Positions 39,492 to 47,990 of a DNA stretch of 64,000 nt are shown here, piece by piece. This DNA is from a virus. The notes under the pieces are model-generated. The model worked only from the letters and a program-made list of their open reading frames with translations. It made no database searches and was not told the origin of the DNA. The stretch is from IMG/VR virus record IMGVR_UViG_3300042544_001941, one strand, 5' to 3'. The translations under genes were made by a program, and so were the position numbers. Positions within the stretch are counted from its first letter, which is position 1; every line of letters starts with the position of its first letter.

Positions 39492-41222
39492 ATCTTTACT
39501 GAAACTTTCAGAATATTCCCCATCCCCCATAACTTGGTCTATAATACCTTTCTTCTTTTGTAACATATTATAGACAATTTTCTCAATAGTGTTTTCAAAT
39601 ATTGGATAATATACGAGAACACTATTTTTTTGCCCATAACGATATGCCCTATCTTCCGCTTGACTATGATGTGCCGGTACAAAGGATAAGTCATTCATAA
39701 TAACAATCTCAGCGGCGGTTAAAGTAATACCTACACCGCCCGCAATAATATTTGAGATGAATACTTTTACTTTATCGTTGTTTTGAAATTTATCAACTGA
39801 TTCTTGTCTACGTTCTTTAGACATACGACCATCAAGGGTTACACAAGTCTTTTTATATTTTTCTTGTAATAAATCTAATGAACTCGTGAAGTTAGTAAAC
39901 ACAATTACTTTCTTACCTTGGTCGATACATTTATCAATCAATTCACAAGTGTATGGAACTTTTTCAATTGCAATCAATTGACGAATTTTCATCAAACGAT
40001 TTAGAGTAACAGTAATACTTTCATTTTCTTTATTATCTTTACTGATTCTCATAAACTCTTCCAATTCATCATCGTAAAAAGTATTTCTAAGTTCCAAATA
40101 AACAGGAGTTACAATTTTTTCGGGTAAATCGAGAATGTCTGTTTTCATTCTTCGTAGAACAAGACTTTTTGTTCTTTCTCTAAGTTCGTCCAAGTTACTT
40201 GCACCACTCGTATTCCAAACCTTTCTTTGACCAACTCTAAATTGGTAACCCGCACAGTATCTACGAACATATGATTGCCAATTCAATGTCAATGGTGACT
40301 CAACAATTTTTAATAGATTAAAATAGTTGATTGGTCTTGAGGTCATCGGGGTTCCTGTCAATAACCAAACTTTAGGAATTTGTTCTAAGACATCATTTAA
40401 TAGTCTTGTTCTTTGAGCGGTATTGTTTGAAATGTAGTGAGCCTCATCTACAATTACCAATTCAAAACCCGCATTGACTAATAATTTGTAATCGTCACTA
40501 TCTTCACTCTTGTCAGTTGTGTGGAAGTTCTTTAATATATCATAGTTTATAATATAAAAATCAAATGTGGAACCCCATCTACGACCCTCAACTAATAGTA
40601 TTCTTCTATCAGTATAATTCTCAATTTCTCTTTGCCAGTTAATTTTTAACGATGCCGGACAAACTATCAGAATTTTTCTGGCATTTGATTCCAACGAAGC
40701 AATCACTGCGGCGGTAGTCTTACCTAAACCCATATCATCAGCCAAAATGAATTTATCATTCGCTAATAATTTTTCAATTGCCACCTTTTGATGTTCCATA
40801 GGTGGTCTTTTATGATATGGTGAATAATCAATAACTCTATTTAACTTTTTCTCTTCCTGTAAGATTGCGGATTTTGGTACCCACATTGCGTGGAGTTTAT
40901 CGGTTTCAAAAACTTTACCCCATATATGAAACGCTTTATCTGAATCACATAATAGTTTCTCAACCCATATTTTTTGAGGAACTGTCACTAATAAACGTTG
41001 TTCCATTATTTTCTCACCAAACGTCTCTACTATATTAACATATTTTCTTGCTACCTTGGGAACCGTATCTTGGTACTTAATTACATATTCAGCCTGTGGA
41101 CGAGTAAACGTAAAACTTTTAGCAGTTTCCATTTTAACCTTCCATTCCAATAATTGATTATTGGAACCTGAGTATGATGATAATATCTCTCTCGCCTCAA
41201 TTTCAGGGATTTTCTTTTCCAT
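39471..41222 (-). CDS. SNF2-family (SMARCAL1/HARP-like) helicase/translocase
   Basis: LADDMGLGKT, VCPASL, VDEAH, LTGTP, GGVGITLT, QAEDRAYRYGQ. Confidence 0.93.
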   Translation of the reverse strand: MEKKIPEIEAREILSSYSGSNNQLLEWKVKMETAKSFTFTRPQAEYVIKYQDTVPKVARKYVNIVETFGEKIMEQRLLVTVPQKIWVEKLLCDSDKAFHIWGKVFETDKLHAMWVPKSAILQEEKKLNRVIDYSPYHKRPPMEHQKVAIEKLLANDKFILADDMGLGKTTAAVIASLESNARKILIVCPASLKINWQREIENYTDRRILLVEGRRWGSTFDFYIINYDILKNFHTTDKSEDSDDYKLLVNAGFELVIVDEAHYISNNTAQRTRLLNDVLEQIPKVWLLTGTPMTSRPINYFNLLKIVESPLTLNWQSYVRRYCAGYQFRVGQRKVWNTSGASNLDELRERTKSLVLRRMKTDILDLPEKIVTPVYLELRNTFYDDELEEFMRISKDNKENESITVTLNRLMKIRQLIAIEKVPYTCELIDKCIDQGKKVIVFTNFTSSLDLLQEKYKKTCVTLDGRMSKERRQESVDKFQNNDKVKVFISNIIAGGVGITLTAAEIVIMNDLSFVPAHHSQAEDRAYRYGQKNSVLVYYPIFENTIEKIVYNMLQKKKGIIDQVMGDGEYSESFSKDLLKSLL

Positions 41223-41270
41223 AATAAAATATAACTAATTTGATTATATATTTAAACTATTTATAGGTAT

Positions 41271-41783
41271 ATGGAAAATAAGTTACCGATTACCAGAATG
41301 TCGAAATTCTTCTCAAACGAAGATTTTGATTTACAAATACAAATGGGTCAAGAGTATTTACACGGAGATTTGAATATGAAATTGGTTATCTATCGTGTGG
41401 ATAGAGCTAAAACCGAGAAGGATGACGTGTATGCTGAAGTTGGTAAGGACGAAATAAAGTATTTCCCTCCGATTGAGGTGAATGCGTTAGTTAAGATTGA
41501 AGAACCTAAAAATTCATCATATAAAAATGGTATGTTAAGATACCTTGAGCCAGGTAATATGGTTTTTCAGGTGTATCTAAAACATTTAGATGAATTGGGT
41601 GTGGATATTAGATATGGTGATTATATTGGATACCCGGAATCTGAGGGTAGACTTAGATATTATACGGTAACGAATGATGGTAAAGTAACATCAGACAATA
41701 AACATAACTACTTTGGTTATAAACCGTACTATCGAACAATAACTTGTGCACCTGTACAAGAATCAGAATTTAGAGGAATATAA
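41271..41783 (+). CDS. Neck / head-closure protein (gp14-like)
   Basis: DDVYAE motif; position ahead of the tail terminator and sheath; late motif at 41258-41265. Confidence 0.55.
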   Translation: MENKLPITRMSKFFSNEDFDLQIQMGQEYLHGDLNMKLVIYRVDRAKTEKDDVYAEVGKDEIKYFPPIEVNALVKIEEPKNSSYKNGMLRYLEPGNMVFQVYLKHLDELGVDIRYGDYIGYPESEGRLRYYTVTNDGKVTSDNKHNYFGYKPYYRTITCAPVQESEFRGI

Positions 41784-41784
41784 T

Positions 41785-43020
41785 ATGCCGTTACCAAAAA
41801 GAAAAAACAATATATCCGTATACGGACAAAAAGAATTATTAGGTAGAAGACAAGAGTTACTTGAAAGAATAACTAAATCCGACACCTACTTACCTGACGC
41901 TATATTACACGATGATTTAGATTTAGGTATGCTTGAATATGTCAAGGAAAATTTCAAAGTGGTATCTGACGGTGTACAAATTCCTGTAATTAATAAAATA
42001 CTAACCATTCAGAGATGGGGTGAAATGACTAACAATTGGTCATTTATGGATGAAGACGGTAATATGAAGTTACCATTCATTGCGATAATCAGAAGACCCG
42101 ACGTTCAGCCAGGTACGAATCCGATTGTACAAAGAACCATACCTGATAGAAGAACATTCTATTACGCGTCAGTTCCGACTTGGAACGGTACCCAAATGGG
42201 TGCGGATGTTTATAAGATACCTCAACCCGTTGCGGTTGATATTAGTTATGAGGTTACAATCGTTTGTCAAAAATTTAGAGATTTGAACCGTTTCAATAAA
42301 ATTGTACTTCAAAACTTTTCATCAAGACAAGATTATACAACGGTAAAAGGACATTTTATTCCAATCATATTAGATAAGAATAGTGATAACTCACCAATCG
42401 ATTCAATGGACGGTCGTAGGTTTTATATGCAAACATATGACTTCACTATGTTAGGATTTTTAATCGATGATGAGGAATTTGAAATTAAACCAGCGGTTAG
42501 TAGATTATTCTTAATGACTGAGTTTATTGGTACCAAACCATACGAAAAGAAATTTTTTAATAAATCAATTGAAACGACAACCGCAAAGTTTGTTGCTGAT
42601 GGTATGCAAACAACATTTAGTGTGGGAGAATCTATTGGATTTTTATTTTCTGTAGCATTAAATGGTTTGATACAAGAAAGAGATGTCGATTATTTCCATA
42701 TTGCAGGAACATCCAAAATAACTTTTTCAGAACCACCACCTGAAGGATGGGAGGTGACAGTATCATATTACGCAGGTAGAAATAGTGTCTTTATTGACAG
42801 TTATGGTAAACCATTATTCTTAGATAGTGAAAATTTTGTATATGATGGTTCATCATTAGTATTCACAGTTGCAAATAAGATTGATAGTGTTATCAACGTT
42901 AATATAAACGGTCTTATAGATGAGGAGGGTGATGGATTTGCAATTTCAGGAGATAAGGAGATAACATTGTTATCGGCACCTCTTGTAGGGTCAAATATTG
43001 GTGTTACCTATATTCACTAA
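41785..43020 (+). CDS. Tail terminator/sheath stabiliser (gp15-like) with two C-terminal beta-sandwich repeats
   Basis: QRW, LPFIAIIR, PQPVAVDISYEV; repeats F..DG....F.......V.(L/I)NGLI...I(T)...PP/PL..G..V.Y; ATG at 41785. Confidence 0.65.
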   Translation: MPLPKRKNNISVYGQKELLGRRQELLERITKSDTYLPDAILHDDLDLGMLEYVKENFKVVSDGVQIPVINKILTIQRWGEMTNNWSFMDEDGNMKLPFIAIIRRPDVQPGTNPIVQRTIPDRRTFYYASVPTWNGTQMGADVYKIPQPVAVDISYEVTIVCQKFRDLNRFNKIVLQNFSSRQDYTTVKGHFIPIILDKNSDNSPIDSMDGRRFYMQTYDFTMLGFLIDDEEFEIKPAVSRLFLMTEFIGTKPYEKKFFNKSIETTTAKFVADGMQTTFSVGESIGFLFSVALNGLIQERDVDYFHIAGTSKITFSEPPPEGWEVTVSYYAGRNSVFIDSYGKPLFLDSENFVYDGSSLVFTVANKIDSVINVNINGLIDEEGDGFAISGDKEITLLSAPLVGSNIGVTYIH

Positions 43021-43175
43021 GATTCCCCATATATGTCTTTTTTCTTAGGTTTACAATAGTCTTCAATCCACTTTTCTAAAACTTTGTAAATTTTTAACCC
43101 ATTTTTATCACAATGGGTTTTTAACATTTCGTGGTGTTTCTCACTAATTTTTACGTTTTTACTCTTGTTTTCCAT
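43017..43175 (-). CDS. Small ribbon-helix-helix DNA-binding protein
   Basis: KNVKISEKHHEMLKTHCDKNGLKIYKVLEKWI (beta strand plus two helices); ATG at 43175. Confidence 0.65.
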   Translation of the reverse strand: MENKSKNVKISEKHHEMLKTHCDKNGLKIYKVLEKWIEDYCKPKKKDIYGES

Positions 43176-43301
43176 AGTAAAGATAAATATATATCTAAAA
43201 AAATAATTAACTATCTTTTTTAAGAAAAGTACCGAAATCTTTGCTAAAAACAAAGATATTTATTGAATAAGTAATAAAATAATTTAACCAAACAACAATC
43301 G

Positions 43302-46142
43302 ATGGCAAATTCAAACAAAGTATTCGTTTCTCCGGGTGTCTACACATCAGAGAAAGACTTAACATTTGTTGCACAAAGTGTCGGAGTAACAACATTAGGT
43401 TTAGCAGGTGAAACTTTAAAAGGTCCAGCTTTCGAACCCGTATTGATTACAGATTTTGATGAATTCAAAACTTACTTTGGTACTACCTCACCTGAAAAAT
43501 ATGGTAACGGTAACCCAAAGTATGAATTGGCATATGTGGCAAAGGCGTATTTACAAGAATCGAACCAATTATTCGTAACAAGAGTACTTGGTTTAACAGG
43601 TTTCAAACCTAATAAAACATTCGGTATCAAAACAATCGCAGGTATTTCTTGGGATTCTACCGAAACCCCTGTTTCAACTTCAGGTACATTGGTACCAACG
43701 GTAACAGGAATTACAGGAAGTACATTCTACGGAGCGTTATCAGGTAAAACTGCATCAACAGGTGACAGTGTAACTGATTTCATCCTTGATGGGGTAACAT
43801 ATTCAGATAACGATTGGTTCACAATCGGTGTGGTTCCTGAAGCGGCAACCGCAGCTGAAACTGGAACACAGTTAGACAGTCCATTAGGTGAGTATACAAA
43901 TCAGAATTGGTACAACAATTTCTACACTACAAGTGGTGGAAACGTTAATGGATTATATTCATATTTGTTCCACTATTCAGGAGCAAGTTCAACTTTCGTA
44001 GTTACAAGATACAATTACACAGGTACAACAAGTAATGATTATGGTGATATCACTGTAGCAGCATTAAGACCAAGAGGTGGTTATACATTAGAATCTTTAG
44101 GTTTAGAAGTAACTTCAAACTCCGCGTTTGTAATTAGTTCTGACACGTTAACTACTAATCCATTAGGAGAATTTACAATTAATGTAACAGGTTCTACAAG
44201 TGGTGTAAAAGAGTTTACTTGTTCTTTAGATACTACATCATCAAAATACATCACCAAAGTAATTGGTTTAGATGTATTTGACAAAAAACGTGATGAAATT
44301 CCTGTTTATGTACACGAAGTTTATCCAACTTTAATTAAAACATTATATGAACAAGGTTTAATTCTTGGTCTAAGTTTAGATGAAGTTTATCATACAGTTG
44401 GTAACGATTTCGTTGGTGAGTGGGATACTCCAGCTTCACCAATGGTAGTTTCTGAAGTACGAGGTGGTAAAGTTTCTGACCTTTTCCAAGTGTTTACAGT
44501 TTCTGACGGTAACGCCGCAAACTACCAAGTAAAAATCACTCTTCTTAATATCGACTTAGATACCGGTGAGTTTGACATACTTGTTCGTGACTTTAATGAT
44601 AGTGATGACAATATGGTTGTTTTGGAGAAATTTACAAGATGTACTATGGATTCATCATTACCAGGTTATGTTGGAAGAAAAGTAGGTACTCAAGACGGTG
44701 AATACGAATTACGTTCAAAATATATTATGTTAGTTATGGCTGACGAACATCCTGAAGATGCAATTCCTGCAGGTTTCAAAGGATTCGTTGCTGACAACTT
44801 AGCATCTTCAACATCTGTGTTAGGTGCCGTAAAATATAAAACACAATTCTTTGAAGCGGGTGACGAAACAGGTTCTTTCTCATTAACAGGTGAACCAACA
44901 TTATCAGCTCAAGGTGATAAACCAAAGAAAGTTTCTTTAGGTCTTTCATCTCAAATTGGATTTGATAGTGATTTATTAAAATATAAAGGTGTTGCCCCTG
45001 ACGCGGTAACCGTAGGTTTCCACTTGTCAACAAATGCATCTGCAATCACAGGTAATACTATTACAGGTAAAGCTTTCGATTGTACACCTTACGACTTAGA
45101 AGGTTCTAATAAAGGAAAATTAGACACTATATCATTCCGTAAATTCACATTTGCGGTATGTGGTGGATTTGATGGTTGGGATATCTATAGAAGTAGTAGA
45201 ACAAATGGTGATGGATATGTTTTTGGTAAAAGAACTTATGTATCAGGACACACAACTAACAGTGGTGTATTCAGTACAACAGTAGGTAACTCTGATTACT
45301 ATGCATACTTAAAGGGTATTGAAACTTATTCAAACCCTGAAGCTGTGGATATTAACATATTTGCAACACCGGGTATTAACTTTGATGACCACAATTCATT
45401 AGTAACTCAAACAATTGATATTATTGAGAATGATAGAGCGGATTCACTTTACATCATTAACTCACCAAATGTGTCAACTGCTGATGAGATTACTGAAGTA
45501 TTAGACGGGGCTAATTTGGATAGTAACTATTCTGCAACATATTGGCCTTGGATTCAAGTTAGAGATAACGATAACTCAACTCAATTGTACTTACCACCAA
45601 CAGGTGAAGTTGTAAGAAACATTGCGTTGACAGATAACGTATCTTATCCTTGGTTCGCGGTAGCAGGTTATTCAAGAGGTTTGGTTAATTCAATCAAAGC
45701 ATTTAAAAAGTTAACTCTTGACGAAAGAGATTCACTTTACAAGGCAAGAATCAACCCAATCGCAACATTCTCTGATACAGGTACTATTATTTGGGGTAAC
45801 AAAACGTTACAAGTGAGAGAATCAGCACTTGATAGAATCAACGTAAGAAGATTGTTATTAAGAGCTAGAAAATTAATTTCTGCAGTTGCTGTTAGATTAT
45901 TGTTTGAACAAAACGATGAACAAGTAAGACAAGAATTCTTGAGATTGGTTAACCCAATTCTTGAATCAATAAAGAAAGAAAGAGGTCTTTACGACTTCCG
46001 TGTAACAGTATCTAGTGACCCTGAGGACATCGATGCTAACACATTGAGAGGTAAGATTTACATCAAACCAACTCGTTCTCTTGAATTTATTGATGTAGAA
46101 TTCATCATTACTCCAACAGGAGCGTCATTTGAGAATATCTAA
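43302..46142 (+). CDS. gp18: Tail sheath protein (T4 gp18-like)
   Basis: FVSPGVYTSEKD, TYWPW, PWFAVAGYSRG, INPI, WGNKT, DRINVRRL, IKPTRSLEFI. Confidence 0.96.
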   Translation: MANSNKVFVSPGVYTSEKDLTFVAQSVGVTTLGLAGETLKGPAFEPVLITDFDEFKTYFGTTSPEKYGNGNPKYELAYVAKAYLQESNQLFVTRVLGLTGFKPNKTFGIKTIAGISWDSTETPVSTSGTLVPTVTGITGSTFYGALSGKTASTGDSVTDFILDGVTYSDNDWFTIGVVPEAATAAETGTQLDSPLGEYTNQNWYNNFYTTSGGNVNGLYSYLFHYSGASSTFVVTRYNYTGTTSNDYGDITVAALRPRGGYTLESLGLEVTSNSAFVISSDTLTTNPLGEFTINVTGSTSGVKEFTCSLDTTSSKYITKVIGLDVFDKKRDEIPVYVHEVYPTLIKTLYEQGLILGLSLDEVYHTVGNDFVGEWDTPASPMVVSEVRGGKVSDLFQVFTVSDGNAANYQVKITLLNIDLDTGEFDILVRDFNDSDDNMVVLEKFTRCTMDSSLPGYVGRKVGTQDGEYELRSKYIMLVMADEHPEDAIPAGFKGFVADNLASSTSVLGAVKYKTQFFEAGDETGSFSLTGEPTLSAQGDKPKKVSLGLSSQIGFDSDLLKYKGVAPDAVTVGFHLSTNASAITGNTITGKAFDCTPYDLEGSNKGKLDTISFRKFTFAVCGGFDGWDIYRSSRTNGDGYVFGKRTYVSGHTTNSGVFSTTVGNSDYYAYLKGIETYSNPEAVDINIFATPGINFDDHNSLVTQTIDIIENDRADSLYIINSPNVSTADEITEVLDGANLDSNYSATYWPWIQVRDNDNSTQLYLPPTGEVVRNIALTDNVSYPWFAVAGYSRGLVNSIKAFKKLTLDERDSLYKARINPIATFSDTGTIIWGNKTLQVRESALDRINVRRLLLRARKLISAVAVRLLFEQNDEQVRQEFLRLVNPILESIKKERGLYDFRVTVSSDPEDIDANTLRGKIYIKPTRSLEFIDVEFIITPTGASFENI

Positions 46143-46161
46143 TCTAAAAGGAGATAAAATA

Positions 46162-46192
46162 AAGAAGGGGTTCCGAAAGGACCCCTTTTTTT
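46162..46192 (+). terminator. Intrinsic terminator after the sheath gene
   Basis: AAGGGGTTCC-GAAA-GGACCCCTT plus T-run. Confidence 0.85.
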
Positions 46193-46222
46193 ATATGGAC
46201 ACCATTATGGTGGAATTGAAAA

Positions 46223-46238
46223 CGTTCCACGGGGAACC
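46223..46238. promoter_or_regulatory. parS-like palindrome
   Basis: CGTTCCACGGGGAACC, 13/16 match to TGTTCCACGTGGAACA. Confidence 0.45.
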
Positions 46239-46271
46239 AAATTTTATAAAACTAATATTTTTATAATTTAC

Positions 46272-46360
46272 CCAGTATTCTGGAACCAGATATACTAGTA
46301 TTTATTAAATATTATTAATTAATCTAGTTATTATTCTGGTGTATTCTATTGTTATACTGG
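46272..46360. repeat. Nested inverted repeats around an AT-only core (cruciform / origin-like)
   Basis: CCAGTAT..ACCAGA..ACTAG-[TATTTATTAAATATTATTAATTAAT]-CTAGT..TCTGGT..ATACTGG. Confidence 0.6.
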
Positions 46361-46490
46361 AGCCTAGAGAAAAAATAAAGAAAAAAAATGAGAAAATCAA
46401 GCTTCTCACAATAAATAAACGAAAAAAAACTATTTTCCAAATAGCACATATTTATAGGAAAGTAATAATTTAAAACTTAACAAATAGACA

Positions 46491-46979
46491 ATGGCAGATT
46501 TATTAATGAAAATGCCGGTTCCTTACGAACCGAAAAGACAGAACCGATTTATCCTAAGATTCCCATCTTCATTGGGTATCAACGAATGGTACGTAACATC
46601 GGCTTCGAGACCTAAAGCAACTATCGCTGAAACAGAAATTCCTTTTTTGAATACTTCAACATATGTTGCAGGTAGATTTAAGTGGGAATCAATTTCAGTT
46701 AAATTTAAAGACCCAATTGGTCCATCAGCTGCACAAGCATTAATGGAGTGGTTCCGTTTACACGCAGAATCTGTAACAGGTCGTATGGGATATGCTGCTG
46801 GATATAAAAAAGATATTGAACTTGAAATGTTAGACCCAACAGGTGTTGTGGTTGAAAAATGGATTCTTCAAGGTACATTCTTATCAGGTTTGGATTTTGG
46901 TACATTGGATTATAGCCAAGATGCGTTAGCTGATATCAGTGCAACATTGAGAATGGATAGATGTATCCTTGTATACTAA
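46491..46979 (+). CDS. gp19: Tail tube protein (gp19-like)
   Basis: EPKRQNRF, YVAGR..W..I...F.DPI, GYKKDI...MLDPTG..VEKWIL.G; follows the sheath; late motif at 46449-46456. Confidence 0.9.
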   Translation: MADLLMKMPVPYEPKRQNRFILRFPSSLGINEWYVTSASRPKATIAETEIPFLNTSTYVAGRFKWESISVKFKDPIGPSAAQALMEWFRLHAESVTGRMGYAAGYKKDIELEMLDPTGVVVEKWILQGTFLSGLDFGTLDYSQDALADISATLRMDRCILVY

Positions 46980-47005
46980 TATTTTAATAAACATAAAATC
47001 TGTCT

Positions 47006-47037
47006 TAAAGGTCCTCAAAAGGGACCTTTATTTTTTT
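47006..47037 (+). terminator. Intrinsic terminator after the tube gene
   Basis: TAAAGGTCCT-CAAAA-GGGACCTTTA plus T-run. Confidence 0.8.
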
Positions 47038-47081
47038 CATATAAACTTTACTTTTTTATACTTATAGTATAAATTTATGGT

Positions 47082-47831
47082 ATGGAAGAATTTAAAGTTG
47101 ACCCCACGATTGCGTACGACGTTGTTGAGTTACCTAGTAGAGGTATTCACTATTCAACAAAGAAAAAATCATTAAGAATTGCATATCTAACTGCGGCTGA
47201 TGAAAATATTTTAGCATCACCAAATTTAGTACAATCTAATGGTGTTGTTAATGAACTACTAAAAAGAAAAGTCTTAGATAAAGACATCTCAACTGATGAT
47301 TTAGTTGAAGAAGACAGACAAGCAATTCTTTTGTTTTTAAGAAACACAGCGTTTGGTTCTGACTATAAGATGGTAGTAACTGACCCTAAAACAGGAGAAA
47401 GATTTAGTCACATTGCTGATTTATCACAAGTTAAACTAAGAGACTTTAAATTAGAGGAAGATAGTAATGGTGAATTTAAGTTTTATTTAGAAAAAAGTAA
47501 AACAGATATTACATTTAAATTCTTAACCCAAAAACAACAAGAGGATATTGATAAAATTAAAGATAGTTGGAATGGTTTAGGAGTTGCACCGATTATAACA
47601 AGACAATTAGAAATGATGATTAAGTCTGTTGGTGGAATTAAAGACCAATTACAAATTAGAAATTTTATTGAGAGAATGCCAATCAAAGATTCTCAAGATT
47701 TCCGTAAATACATTTTAGAAAATAAACCAAGTTTAGATTTAGTACAACATATTACAACCCCGTCAGGAGAGACAGTCGAAGTTGAAATCGGCTTCGGGGT
47801 GGAGTTTTTTCGCCCTTTCTACGGATTATAA
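47082..47831 (+). CDS. Baseplate hub assembly / tail assembly chaperone (gp26-like)
   Basis: VELPSRG..Y, YLTAADENIL, DRQAILLFLRNTAFG, C-terminal EFFRP; lies between tube and tape measure. Confidence 0.75.
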   Translation: MEEFKVDPTIAYDVVELPSRGIHYSTKKKSLRIAYLTAADENILASPNLVQSNGVVNELLKRKVLDKDISTDDLVEEDRQAILLFLRNTAFGSDYKMVVTDPKTGERFSHIADLSQVKLRDFKLEEDSNGEFKFYLEKSKTDITFKFLTQKQQEDIDKIKDSWNGLGVAPIITRQLEMMIKSVGGIKDQLQIRNFIERMPIKDSQDFRKYILENKPSLDLVQHITTPSGETVEVEIGFGVEFFRPFYGL

Positions 47832-47961
47832 GAAAGGACAATTAGACGAGATTTTATTTTTAGTTAAACGAGGGTTTTCTTACTCTGATTTAATCTCAAT
47901 GCCAGTTTATGTTCGAAGATATTATATTAATTACATCCTCGAAATGGAATCTAGTAATTAA
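47806..47961 (+). CDS. Unannotated +1-frame extension of the chaperone (gp51/'T'-like), probably made by frameshift
   Basis: Frame open from 47743 to TAA 47961: ...TDYKKGQLDEILFLVKRGFSYSDLISMPVYVRRYYINYILEMESSN; no ATG before the conserved part. Confidence 0.7.
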   Translation, partial: FFALSTDYKKGQLDEILFLVKRGFSYSDLISMPVYVRRYYINYILEMESSN

Positions 47962-47990
47962 TCTATTTATATAGAAAGATTTATACATAA

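Noticed and set aside
34370-41222. Inteins or introns in the polymerase or helicase (terminase also checked)
   Set aside because: Motif spacing is normal, and no intein C..HN ends or LAGLIDADG blocks were seen
46143-46490. tRNA or protein-coding gene in the sheath-tube gap
   Set aside because: No cloverleaf or TTCGA arm and no credible ORF; the AAGGAG near 46148 has no start codon after it
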